From Pocillopora damicornis (lineage: Eukaryota): a stretch of DNA of 64,000 bases. Shown piece after piece: positions 47,835 to 61,500 of this stretch. Position 1 is the first letter of the stretch. Each line of letters starts with the position of its first letter. Where the stretch lies: assembly GCF_003704095.1 (NCBI RefSeq), contig NW_020845300.1, positions 496,001-560,000 of the forward strand, written 5' to 3'. Under the pieces are notes generated by a model, which saw only the letters and a list, made by a program, of their open reading frames with translations, did not search any database and was not told the origin of the DNA. A program made the position numbers and the translations under genes.

Positions 47835-48890
47835 ATGAATTCGACAAATGTTTCATCGAATGCTTCGACGACTGTTTCCTCTGCTGCGCCAGCAAGCGAA
47901 GTGAAGATTGGAAGATCACTATACACTCAGACAACGTGCTTTGTTATTGCCACGATGGCCTTTCTTGGGAATCTGCTTGTAATTCTCCTCATCCTCGTGA
48001 AAAAAGGAAAATTTTTGAAGAAATCTTACAACATTTTGATTCTATCCTTGGCCATGTCTGATATTCTCACCGCTTTGATGCTTGTCACAAACCCAGCTAT
48101 GGTCCTTGGTGACGCGTTTCCTTATCCTAACAATCACGTCTTGGGCGATGTCTTCTGTCGAGTTATTTGGAGTCGTACGTTTCTCTTCCAGTTGTTGGTT
48201 TTCTCTGCCTACATCTGTGTGGCTTTGGCAACGGAGCGTTGGTTTGCAGTGGTTAAGCCTCAACAGTACAACCAGGTCTTCAACAAGAAGCGCACGCTCG
48301 TTTATATCTTCCTCGTGTGGCTGTGGTCGGTTATCCTTTGTGCTTCAAATTCGTTTCAGCTCTCCTACATATCGTCGAATCCCCCAAATAGCCGATGCAA
48401 ATGGAACTTTGGCTCGGCTACTCAAACAGTCCGCATCATTATCGCAGTCATTCAAACCTTCTTCAAAATGGCGTTTCCGTGTCTGACCATGTTGTTCCTG
48501 TTCATTCACATGGTTTACAAAGCAAGCAAATCCACAGTCACCTCAGTTGAGAGCAAGGCTAAATTGCGCGGAAAAATAACGCGGATGGTTGGTGCTGCTT
48601 CTTTGGCATTAATAATCTGTTTCGCACCGTCTCAGATTAACTACACCCTGGCAGTGGCGGGAAAAACAGGACTAGATAACACCGTACACCACGTTCTCTC
48701 GCTCTTGGCGTTGGTCAACAGCTGTTTGAACCCGTTCATCTACGGGCTGAGCAACAAAAATTACCGCCAAGGTTATCAGCAGATTCTACTTTCACTGTAC
48801 CCTTGGTGCATCAAGAGACATGGAAACAGAGTGGTGTCACGTCCGATAAGTCGCCGGACCGATTTAACCAGGCCGGGTACTTCGAGTTAG
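47835..48890 (+). CDS. Class A (rhodopsin-like) GPCR, 351 aa, orphan peptide-receptor-like, intronless CDS
   Basis: N-terminal N-glycosylation sites, GN in TM1, LAMSD in TM2, Cys at the top of TM3, ERW for DRY, W in TM4, CFAP in TM6, NSCLNPFIY in TM7, helix 8 NYRQGY. Confidence 0.95.
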   Translation: MNSTNVSSNASTTVSSAAPASEVKIGRSLYTQTTCFVIATMAFLGNLLVILLILVKKGKFLKKSYNILILSLAMSDILTALMLVTNPAMVLGDAFPYPNNHVLGDVFCRVIWSRTFLFQLLVFSAYICVALATERWFAVVKPQQYNQVFNKKRTLVYIFLVWLWSVILCASNSFQLSYISSNPPNSRCKWNFGSATQTVRIIIAVIQTFFKMAFPCLTMLFLFIHMVYKASKSTVTSVESKAKLRGKITRMVGAASLALIICFAPSQINYTLAVAGKTGLDNTVHHVLSLLALVNSCLNPFIYGLSNKNYRQGYQQILLSLYPWCIKRHGNRVVSRPISRRTDLTRPGTSS

Positions 48891-49590
48891 AGCTGAGAGT
48901 ATACCCTGTCGTTACTGTTCTTGTTTCAAAGAAGATGCTGCCATGTAATTTAGCATGCTAAGTGTCTTTCTTTTGGTATCATTTAACGAAAGGTCAAAGA
49001 GCAAGCCCAAAAAACACATCCACCTAACTTGTCAAAAATACTGTATTTTATGTACAAAAGTGAGTGGCGAGAAGAATCCTATCGAAATCAATTACATTCA
49101 CTTAACCATGATAAACATTTCGCCAAAGTACAAAGTAATAAATTATGGTCTCAGACTTAAGAGCAATGAATAATCTTTTGATGTAAAAAAAAAAACAAAA
49201 CAAAAAAACAGATCGAACGCTCCGGAACATCTGGTGTGAACAAAGTGTGAATCATGCTGATGAGCATGAATGTTCAATTTTGTTTTAACTGCACTGTTCC
49301 TGTTTTTCAGTTATGCTAATTAACCTCTCACTCTGGCACACAAATTTGTCTGCTTAAAATGACGTAACAATAAACGACTTCTAGAATTTGGTTAATGAAC
49401 TCGTTGGTGCTAACGTTTGTAACAGTCACCAACACATGAACAATTGAGCAGAGTAAAGAACCAGAGGAATACACCAGCACAATAAAACGACCTCTGGAAT
49501 ATAACGGAAGTAATTATTTAAAGAACTCATAAAGGTTCTACTTCAAATGAGGCCATTAGTGCATAAGTTTCAAGTGTCTACGGAAGGCAC

Positions 49591-52500
49591 TTAAAAAGGT
49601 CTCAATGTACTAGAAAGTCCCCTAAGGGGCCAGCGCGTGGAAGGAACATCTTTGTTATCTACGTCCAAAAGCATAACAGGCTCTCGCTGACAAATCCTGG
49701 ACGAGTAGCATGGGCACGAGTAAGACACAGCGGCACGCACGGGGTCATTCAAGGAGGCTTTCTCAGTCTGAGGAAGAGCAACAATGTGTACCACAGGGAG
49801 AGGGGTTGGGCCTGACTTTGGAGGAGCGTCCAAAAGGTCCCCGGTGGTTTTCTCCCAGGCACAGCCCCACAAGTAGATACCGTACACGAACATTCCGTCT
49901 AGTGGTGGTTCTCTCAACTAGAAGGTAAAATTAAATAAAACAGCAATTTGTGATTTCAAGCTGTTAAAACGATTAAAATAAAGTGATTTACTGGACATGT
50001 AATTTTGAATTAAGCGTGAGCGAAGGGCAACAATCAGAGTTGCACCACAATTGAGTCTCAGGGATCTGAAGGCCCGCTGAACGATGTTCAAAGAAACCAT
50101 TCCTGTATACTGCTAGGATCAGTCAAATCAAAACTATCCTGTAATTCGGTACGACGCTCTTCAGAAACAGAAAAAGGAACAGACTAAACAAGAACCAGAA
50201 GTGTTAGTCATAGCTGCTTGGTTCAGTTTTCTACAAAATAAATTCAGTTGTAATTTGTATTAAAACGCCTGCACGGCACTATACAAGGAACAGCCAAGTG
50301 GCTTAGGACAGAAGAGCTTAAGATCTAGGAGACAATGATATTTTAAAACAACATTCTAGGTCATCGAATGTACACTTCTTCTCCTAAATAGAAAAAGAAG
50401 GCTTTCTTACGTGATCTTTATCTCTTCCAGTGATTTCTGTTTGATACACAAACGGTTCTGTTCCTGAAACTCTTCCTTCATAGTTTCTGACAGCCTCCTA
50501 TGGAAGACCATTAGGTATCAATAAGTGAGATCAAAACGCAGACCCAATATTTACAAATGAAACGTTTGCTGTTTTACTGTTACCTGTTTGATGATGGAGA
50601 GAAAACGCCGTGGGTTAAAGAAGGCTCCAAGCCAATATGCCGGTACTCTTTCACGACCCTAATAAACGAAGAGGAAGTACTTCAGCCGATTATTAAGATA
50701 AATAAGAACATCAAACCGCCTTCGCATAGATTATTATTTACCTGCACAATAATTCGGTCAATATGCGAAAACCGGTTTCCAAGGTCGGTAAACCAGGCGG
50801 CTAAACTCCACGTGGGGGGAGGGGAGGATTCTCCTCCTAGCTGACTCCATTTGCTAGGAATTCTCATGTGATACATGTCATCAGCAGAGTCCAGCAACTC
50901 CTCGCTGATACGGTCACCACAGAGACTCTCCTCAGTAGCAGCCTTGATTGACTGCAACAAACAGATCAGCATATTAGCGGCAAAGAAAATACCAGACCGA
51001 AAAAACTCAGAGCACTTAAATTCTCTACAGTAGAATTGAAACGAAAAACGAACGAACGTAAAGTGATTTGCAATGGTTAAGATTTCCGTGTACTTCATTT
51101 GGCTGTTTGAATTTATTGTACATTTATGGGAGGAGCGCTCAAGAAAAGGTATTTTCAAAGTTCTCATCACTTTACTTGTGCTCCTTACTGCTACTCAATT
51201 GTTGTTGTTTCCTGATGATATCAGAGGGAGAAAAGGTAGTAAAACCTCTTTGGTTCCCGTTCCATCAGAAAGTGAATACGGAAAATGTCTAGAGAATTGT
51301 CAAGGGATTACGGGAATTTCACTCAAACGAATGGAATCAAGAAGAAGGCCACCAATTTTTAATCAGAAAATATACTTTTTTTTCGGAAACTAACTGATAC
51401 GCCAGATTCTAGCAGAAATTCAACCAAAACTTACATACATACAGTCTCATAGTAGCACAGAAAAAGTGAATAAAACAAAAGTCATTTACCAATAAAGTTT
51501 CGCGAACACACGCCAATAGTCTATGCATACATTCCATCTCAGCTATGACGAAGAGGTTAAAGGAGTTTGGACCTCCAGTCTTCTTCATCCGTTCGTAGAC
51601 ACTCTCCTGTAAATTAAAAATAAAACAAAATTCTTGCAATCGAATGTTTAATAAAACCTCTGCGGGAAACGTTTAGAGAGAAGAAGGGGAGCGAGAATGT
51701 TCATACTGTAGTGGGCGTACAAGTTTGTCACACTACTGCGAAGAAAGCTCTCTGTCGCTGGCTTTCGTCCTCTCCAAAATACTAAGCTAAGGTTCCTGTG
51801 GCTTTTCTTTTTTAGACAGCAGCTTTAATTTAGTTTGTCCGTCGTCAGACAAGATAGTGTTACTTTTGATAGAAAAAAGGCCTATTTAATTTGATACATC
51901 AGCAAAGAAAGGGTTTGACAGGATCAAAAACAGTAGAAAAAACAGAAACTTCAGAAGAATACAAGTCACCTTCGACCAAACTTTTGGAATCTTCGCCAGC
52001 ATTGTCGTGCATACTTCGTTTAGATCAACTTCCTTCCGACTACGAAACGAAACTAGACTGGCACTAGCGAACACTCCCGCCCCAGCAATACTAATTGACC
52101 CTGCCCCAGTGGTGTGCGCAGATGAACTCTGCTGAATAACACCTGAGGAGGGCAAGAGCGTGGATGGCTCCGTAACAGCGTGTGTGAGCGTGTCGGACGA
52201 GGCCATACGATCCAGTAGGTAGTTTAAACGAGTGAAAACGTACTGTTCGTCTCCCAGCTGAGTCTGAAACAACACACCAATCATATTCGTTATAATGTTT
52301 CGATGTTACTGTGGTTTGAATGAGGCAGCTGCGTGCAAAATTAGAAGCCAATCCCAGAAATTTTTAGAGGGAGTGTAGAATTTAATCTCATCTAATCCCC
52401 TGCAACCTTGGCCATCCCTGCTCTGTCTCAGTTGGTGATTTGTTTCCTGCGTTTTCTATCTCACAAGGTAAATATTCTGTTGTGTTAAACACTCAAGATT

Positions 52501-55500
52501 TTTTTAGTTAGTGATCATTTCCATTGTTCTCGTGGCCATCATGAGTGGTTCAGAGGCGATATCGTAAAGAAATTAGATGCTAGCCACTATTTAGTGTCTA
52601 AGGATTTAAAGTAGTCTTTACAACAGATCATTTTAGAAAAACCATCCTGTTTTGCATGCTCCACTTGTATAATAGTCAGTTTATCTTACCTCAGGAGAGG
52701 GGTGTAGGCCACATGCTTCGGGAACTTCAAGACTTTCACCAGCAAGCCCCTCAAGCGCTGACCACACGCTGTTTAGTTTCACGTTGCTACTGAATAAAGC
52801 TGATGGTAGTTTGTACTTGACTATGGAAAAAAGAACGCAAGACAAAATACGTTGAAAATACAATTAAAAGCCTATACAGGACCATTGTCAAAAATGTGAA
52901 TAAAATAAAAATCAAACAAAAACAAAAACACATACTCTTTGAAGCTTCAAATTCCCGTTTGACTGCGGCTGGACTGATCCAGTAATCAATCATGGCACTC
53001 AAGCCCTGGCGGTCAAATTCATCACTCACACCTCTGCCGTATACAACCTGCATTTTCCCACAACACAAGTAATTATGATTCGCAATGAGCAAAGATAAAT
53101 GGAGAATAATACATAGGCACGCGTAGATACGGAATTTCTCCTCAATACGGCTTTTCTCTGGACTGGAAATCCTTTCATAACACCGCAGTTTACATGATGA
53201 AAACTGATATCAACGAAAAACAACATCTCCTAATTGTCATCATCATCTTCCACGACAACAGAAAAAACCATGACAACCAAAACAACAACAACAATAACAA
53301 AATCACTTTAATGGTTAAATTAAAATTTGTTTCTCTTGAACATTATCAGAACTTCACAGCCACGCGACTTTCGCCACCAAACGTCACCGTAAATAATGAA
53401 AATATATGCGCAATGTAAAAGGATTCCCTTATCACAAAATAGTTCGTCGAAATTGATGCAGATGAACTTTTCTGGTCGGTGCTATGACAGCTCACAGCTT
53501 TCTCTCATTTACGAAAATCTCAGTGATTAACATTCAGAGTTAGCGCAACAGGAAGCAGTTCCGTCGGTCAAAAGGTACAAAGTACAAAAGCTCAGTTGTA
53601 ATATATCACAACTCCTGGTTAACGATACCATTCAAATTGTGGTGAGATTAAGCTTAGGCTTAAGAATTTCGCCCACACGAATAATGTCCATTCATTTTCT
53701 CAGGTCACGTGGGGGGGGGAGAGGAGGGGAAGAGGGTTGTTGGGGGGGAGGGCGTACCTCTGTTAACATATACCGTAATCCATTCCACTGGATAGGCCTC
53801 GTTGATCCAGCCCCTTGCCATGCCATATCTGCATTGTCTTGAAACTCGCGTACAGCCAGATCCAACCCTTGCTGCGGAAAAAAATTGTTTACGTCAAATT
53901 ATTAAATCTGCCTCTGTGAACAACCGAAATCGACCACATAAATGATCCGTGATACTTACCCAAAGTTCCGCAGTCCCTACGTTCCTGAGGTCCATAGGCT
54001 TGTTCCAGCCAGTCAAGCCAAACCTTGTTCGTAACCGGACCAAACTGTGTAACATACACAGATTATGAAGCAGAGCAGGCCACTCTGGACGCACGCTCAC
54101 TCGCATCAGTTCGCTATCAACCCACTGAAGGGACCGCTGCAAGCTGTCTTTTGTGTTCTGTCAAAGAAAATGAAAGGCAATTTGTATTAGATATCACTGC
54201 TGATATATAAGTATAATATAAATCTTCCCCCCCCCCCCCCCCCCGAAGGTAATGAGAATTCTCGAAACCTTTGAGGAAGTACGCCACGATAATTTTAATG
54301 TCCCTTGGTGAACTGAAGAATTTGAGACTGTCAAAACTTTGGCTCGACAAGTAGTTCACGACCACTCTAATTTCTTACATCAGCTTTAATGAAGCCATTA
54401 GAGGGACTCACAATATAAAGAGGATCAATGTCAGAGGGAATTGCATTTGAAAATAAAATAAAACCTTCAATAATCGTTTGTTAGGACAGATGGAGCAGTT
54501 TTCAGTCGAGAGCCTAAAGTAGTTCAAGATTGCTTTGGTTTCGGGTTACTTCGTGATTGGTCCCGAAAACTTGCTTCGGGTTACTTCGTGATTGGTCCCG
54601 AAAAACTTGCGCAACTTTCTCAAACATCCAAACCTTACATCAATTGCGACTTAGTCACTCATGTTTTCCCCCGCTTTGTACAATTTTCTTGTTTCAAAAT
54701 TTGAGTTCACAGGCTCCTTGTAGTATTTTTTTACTCTGTTATGACTGGCTGTTGTGAATACTTTAGTTATGGTATTACGACACTCGATCGAAACTCGAGG
54801 AATGTAAGAATAAACTTTAAAGAATCGAGTGTGACTGAGGATGGCTAACGCAGATTACAAGCAACGTGATTAAAGACTTTTCCTAAAGTCTATAAAGATT
54901 TACAAACTGTTAGCTATCTTCTTAACCCTCTTTAACTTCGTTATATCTAAAGCGGTACCTTTGGTGAGTCAGCTACAACCTTTACAGCAGATTGCAGAAG
55001 AGAGGAAGGTATGTCTGGGTGTGGCTGGACGGACACCCACAGTCTAAACTCGCTGTCCACTGTCTTGGTCTCCTGCATGAACGAGTCAAGTGCTGCCAGG
55101 AGACGGGGTGAATTGTGTGCGTTATGAAGAAGAACCCAGTGACCCTGGATAAAGAAAACAGGTTAGAAAAAAATTTGTTGGCAAAGAAAGTAAGTAAACA
55201 CAAGAAACACTAGAAAGTAGAAAACGTGCAGCACTCTCGTAGCACATCAGCAGCAAATTTAAATCAACCGCGTGTTGGTCATTCACGTCTCCGCGCCTGA
55301 ATCGTATACAACTAATAACGTTTTCTTTGAATTACCTCCCTGAAATATTAACCCATTGGTTGGGCTTTACGATTACAATCGCTATCAAATAGCAAGAAGG
55401 AGCACCTCTACCTTACTATAGGGCAAATGTTAACAAGTTTCACTGCTGCAGTTTACACACCTGTACCATGGCCTTGTGGATCGTCTTTCTTGCCGCACGT

Positions 55501-58500
55501 TCTTCGCCAATTCCAACATTTGCTAGAGCAAGAACATGCAACTCCACCTGCCGAGAAACAAATTGGAAGCGAGAAATCCATAAAGTCTAGTATTAACAAA
55601 GAAAATTTGAAACACAAACAAACAAAGAAATCGTTACACTTTTGACACCAACTATTCTTACAAACAAATGACTTGCACACCTGTTTCCTTTGCGCTCCTT
55701 CAATAACCAACTTTTCCACCATATTGGCTTCTTGGGTATACAGCAGCACAATTGGTGTGCGACTCTCGCTCTGACGATACGCAAACGGTAAGTCCAGTGG
55801 CATTTCCGTAGTGTATCTGTCGGGAATAAAGCAATGAAAAGAACGATAAATATGCCTCTTCAAATTTCTTAAAACTGCCAAAATCGTCAACAAGTATAAC
55901 AAATCATTATCCATGAGTCAGTTACGCTGTGCAAATTCATAGTCAAGACCATTACATGCAATAAGAATCTGTGCCTTCTGAAACTGCGATACAGTCTTAA
56001 AGATTCCAGGAGCAGAATGAGAGGTAATAAGTCGAAGACTCTGGTGACTTAGGCTCGACAACCCATCTGTGTTCGGAATGCGATCCCTTTTGCGTTCCTT
56101 ACGAGACTAAAAGTTCCCTCTTAGGAAGATCAACGACCGGAGTCGCGAAAATGACGGAAATCGAACCTAGTGAGACCCTGAGTGGAACGCAAAATAAGAT
56201 CATCCATTATTCAATTTACGGTTTTAAGTGAGAATAGTTTGACACTTAAGGCGGAGGAACGTCCTCGTGATGTTTTCAAAATGTTTTCGTAAATGAAACG
56301 AAACATGTTTTTTTTTTAAGCGGACATTGAAGACGACGATGTGAGAAAACGTCAAACTTCAACCAATAGGTTGGAAACTTACTTCTTTCCCAAAACAGAC
56401 GTAATAAAACACGTTGCAGCTGGCATCAAGCGGTCTCCACGGAGGGATCGGATCACCATGAACCTCTGAATCAGAGTAAATCTGAAAACCGTGCAGAAAG
56501 AACTCATATCAAGACAGTTCTGACAGGTATAGAACGCAACCGCAACAGTTTATCATGCTATCCAAAGGCTTAAAACAAATGTGCTGTACGTTTTAACTGT
56601 TGAGGTGTTCGTAAGAAAACCTGTTTATCACATGGCCATAATCATTCGCAACGTACTTATCGTCCAGGCCGTCTGGAAGGGCAACCAGCTCAGGTTTTTC
56701 ATGTTCCGTAATTTGCCTCCATTGTGTTTCACGTCCATCTCTTGTCATCTTTTCGAAAGCGTCCTGAAACCACTCAAAATGGGTTGCTAAAAGCTAAAAG
56801 CAGAGAAATATGTATCAGTTCAACAACGCAGTTTATCTTGAGGAATATAACTGAGGTTGGAAAATACACCTTAACCGTGTATCATGACTCACGAACGCAG
56901 CACGCGATTGATGTGGATTGTCGTTACCGGAATATTCCCCTACCGTACCCCCTCTGAGATGTTTATTAATTTTTTTAGCAACTGTTTGTATCATTTATTG
57001 AAGTCATTGATGTAAATAGTCAGACTTCTTGCCTCAAAGAGACCGGGAAGGCAAAGCTCTCTCTTATCTCCTGAATTCGCTTCGAGACAAGGTTTCTTGT
57101 CCCCAAGTGGCGCTGAAACTCAAGGCACTCACCTGAAGATAAGAATACTGCTCGTCTAACAACCAATCAAAAGGCTTCTTAGAAAGAGTGCGAGACGCAG
57201 CTTCAGAGACGGCACTGGGTTGAAGCGCGGTTTTCACAGCCGCACCGAATGATGGGTGAATCAAGAACTCGCGGTCACCAGGGCCCACACGACCACTCGA
57301 GTCTTCAACCTACAAGTGGACACAACGAAGAAGAAGGTGATGTAAACGAGAAGTTTCTTCCTTCTGTCAATAATTATTTAAACTAGCTTTCACTGATTTA
57401 ACACTCGGAGCGAACTGGGCCTCTCTAGGTTACATGCTACTGTGAGTATTTTCACTACTCCTACCCGTCGCTTCTTTTCCGACAGGTCGCTGCCACCCAT
57501 TTAAGCTCCTGGGAGGCAAGAAGGGATGTGGAGTGAAAGCATGTCGCTCAACTCAATGACTCGGGTAGCCATGAGAAAGAAAGTTATGATTCAATTTATG
57601 AGTCAATGCACCGACCACAAGCCCATCTCAACTCATCTCATATCATCATTGCAAATAGAGCTGTCTCAATCAAAAGATTTAATCATTTTCGAACATTTCT
57701 TATTTTTTTTTCAATTTCCATCTTCAAAGACATCTCTCCATACTAAAATAACCAATGCTGGTGACAGGCTCTATCACTATCCGTGGGAAAGAAAGGGACA
57801 GAGTTGAGTTTACCTCAATAGCACAAAGTAAGGAAAAAAGAGGCCTGTCTCGTTCAAACAGAGCTCGAGCTGCCGTATAGAACGCGCTTTGGGTTAACCT
57901 CTCCACCACTGCTTTTACAGCAGTTCTGAAAGAGAAAGAAAAGAGTAAAACCTTCAACAGTTTGTGAAAAGTTCTTCTTGAGAATATCGGGCGTGGCTCG
58001 GAAGCTTTCGTTAATTCACGCGATCATTTTGTCCTATTTCTCCGAGAACAGTAGCTCGTGGTCTCGGCCAATGTAGCGGATCTACGCCAAAAAACAGTTT
58101 GAAGACCATCACAGAAAGAAGAATATCAATATATTAATGAAAATTAAAGTTTCTGTAAGCATGAACCAAATTGGGAAAGTTACCTCCAATGGGCAGAATA
58201 TCATTCTTCTTTAGATAACCCCTTCACCATTTCCCATACTGTCCCTTTATCATTTGCTTGCACCCATTTACAAGCTTGTAGGCGATATGACAAACCCTGG
58301 TCGCTTCAGCTAGAGTACACGTGACCTTAGGCCTAAAGCCATCATAAAATTCACCCTGACCTTTGAACATCTCTTGGCTAATTTCACACAGGTTTACCTT
58401 TCTGAGTGTTTTATAGCAGCATCAAACACCATCAGAAACTGGGCGAGAGAGGTCTGGTAAGAAGTATTGATCTCAGCCATGATCCTGGCAACATCAAACA

Positions 58501-61500
58501 TCACTGCTGCTCGGCGAGCGATTGGTCGATATCCCTCACGTGATTGTAGAATAGAGTTTTCAATGCCTCGAGACCGTGTTTGGCTTCAGAAAAATAAAAG
58601 AAAGGTTGGTTGTTAACATATACAATTTTTGAGACAGACAATTGAGAGGTATTGAAGAGTCACTTGTAAACATATGAAAATGAATCTTTTAATAAATTTT
58701 TGTCAGGAAACAATCAGAACAGTTTTCTTCCCTGGTGTGGTTTTTTGTTTTAAAATCTTTGTAACAAGTTGAAAGCACCCAAATGGTTTTCCTTTACAGA
58801 GAACAGACGTAACCCTTCCCTCCCCAGGGGTGACTAAAAAACAATTTCTCTTTATGATATCTTTGCCTTTTCAAGCAAAGAGTTTATTAGAGATAAAAAG
58901 TATCAATTCTAAGATATCATTTGATTAGGCAGAAATTTCTCAGGGAAAAAAAAACGACAAGGAGGAAAAAATTACATTTCGATCGCGGGAATGAAAGAAT
59001 TAATACCAACCCTTCAACAATCTCCTCGTGCTGTTTCTTTATAGAGGCAAGTTTCTTGGTGGCTGCTAAATTGTAAAGAAGGCGATGTCCACTTCCTAAA
59101 CATTCTAAAATGTTCTCTTCTGCTTCACGCAAACCTTCCATAAGAGTCACCATTTCCTGTTACAAAAGGCAATGGCCAAATTAAAAAGAGAAAGACTTCC
59201 ATCAGTGTTATCTTTAAACTTCACACAGATGAGATTGTAAGTAACGACACAAGCGCACACATTCATGACTAAGCCGCTCAAAAAAGCCTCTCGCGGGCGA
59301 AATCCATTCATGCGGTACATTTTTTTAACAGTCCCTCCATATAATACTGTAGTCCTATCATTTGTCTCACGAAGTAGTCTCTTCCGCAGTAGTTCACCAC
59401 GTATCGACCACAAAATGTTGGTCTTCTGCAAGCAAGCTCCGCTGTGATTGATGCATTTCAAACAATCACAGCATAGTGCTTAATCAGGCGACGCGTACCC
59501 TGTTGATTATTGTAATCAATCAAGATGAATAAGCAAAACAAGCCATAAAATGTTATTAGTATCAACTATTCGGGACGGTTTAGTGCAGCGCAATCATATG
59601 AGTATAGTTTGGACACACTGAAAAAGTTCAGAAAATTCAATTTTGATGAAAGCTTTCATACTACAGCTTCGCCTCCACTTTCACTGTAACACCTTTCTGA
59701 CGATCTAGCTCTCTATTCTAAGCAGTTTTAACAGTTGTTGCTCTTCTACTTACATCCACTACTTGTGTCCTTGTTTCCTGCATCCGTGGTTTTTCAAGTC
59801 TCAGGAACCTATCCAGGAACATCTCCTCCAAGCCGTCTCGTGACTGACTAAATTCAACTACATTCACATAAGCCGCTATGCTAGATGGGACAGATTTACT
59901 CGAAAACGTCGTAGCTAATACCAACCTAAAAGCGGAGATAAGATTTGATAAGGAAATTCCAAAGGCGGCTCTAAGTTATTTCTAAGATAGAGAGCAATTG
60001 GTTAACTGATTAGTTTGCACAAGAAGAGACCTTTCTTTCGAGAGTTTCTTAACATCTATGGAATTAGCATGGGTGACAACATGATTTCGAGTGCAATTTG
60101 GTGTTGATAAGCAAGAGACAACAAAATTGCACGAGCCCGTAGGGTAATTGTAATTTGTAGTCTTTGAAAAAATTTACTGGTGGTTATTACACCAAAGTCC
60201 AGGAAAAATCATGTTAATACTTGTTAATAACGTACATGAGAAAACATTGCAGAAAGTCAAGGCAGACGAATTTTGAAGGCGTGCGCGCGCTATTTGTTAC
60301 AATTTTGCACTCGTGTTACAACTTTGCACTAGCGTTACAGCTTTGCACTCGAGTTATATGAGAATGCACTCGTTTTCAGCCAATCAGAAGCTCGTAATTT
60401 TTTCATATAGATTATTACAATCGGAATAGGAGGTACAATCAGTAAAAAAATTGTATAATCACCAGGGGGAGTTGTGACTAATGAACAAACTTTCTCAAAG
60501 AATGCACCTATGGTCTGGCCGGTCAGTTCAGTATGTTCACGAAAAAAAAAAATAACAATGAGAATAACTGTTGCTGAACTGTACTGATAATTCATACAAT
60601 TGAGTCTGAATTTGTTGAACGTAAGTTGCAAGCCATAACTGCTTGTCAAATCTGCATGGTTAGCAGATTACATTTTTTTTATTTGACGCGCAAAATGTTG
60701 CATAACTTACCTGAAACCTGGTTGGCACTCAATTTCATGCTCACCAACCTGGAACAGAATTGTGTGAATACCACGATTAATGAAAACAACAATACGCGAG
60801 GGCAGCATAACCGAGAGGTCTGAAGTACCCAACATCAAGAAAGTCACTTTGGGTTCAAATCCCGTTCTTGTTATCAGCTGGAGTTGTTTGTGGTGATCTC
60901 AATGTCTACTTCTAGGTCTTGCCTATGACTAATCAGCTTGTTTGTCTCTTTCCAAACAAATATTTATATAAAAACAGATAAACAGGTGCTATGAGAAGTC
61001 TCAAGAGAGAATTTTTCTCGTTTGTCACAAACACTTGTCTGTCAATAATGTTTAGGCGTATCACAAAACCGGCGACGAAACTACTACTTGCTATAACTAT
61101 CCGTCTTTATCAGCTACCGAATATCTTTCAAAGTACTTCAGTAGAACAGAATTCTGGTCAGCGGCTTGTTTCAACCAATTCATTACGCTACAACAGCAAT
61201 CTTAGATTGCTGGCATTCCTTAGTAAGATCTTACCATGAGTTTGAATGGTGTACTTGATGTAAGGAATCTGTAGCGACTTCGGAGTATGAAGTAGAATCG
61301 ACTATCAAACTCTAACTCGTTCACATCCACATCAGTCACTACAAGAGTGGTGCCCTCCATTAAACATGTCTCCAGATGACCACGAAGTTCCTGTCGAGAT
61401 ACACACAGAAAGCTGATAAGCGCAATGCTTAATGAACTACTTCTCTGAATCCCTCAGACCTCAATTGGGAGTATCAGGGGCTCTACTGCTCGACTTTGAA

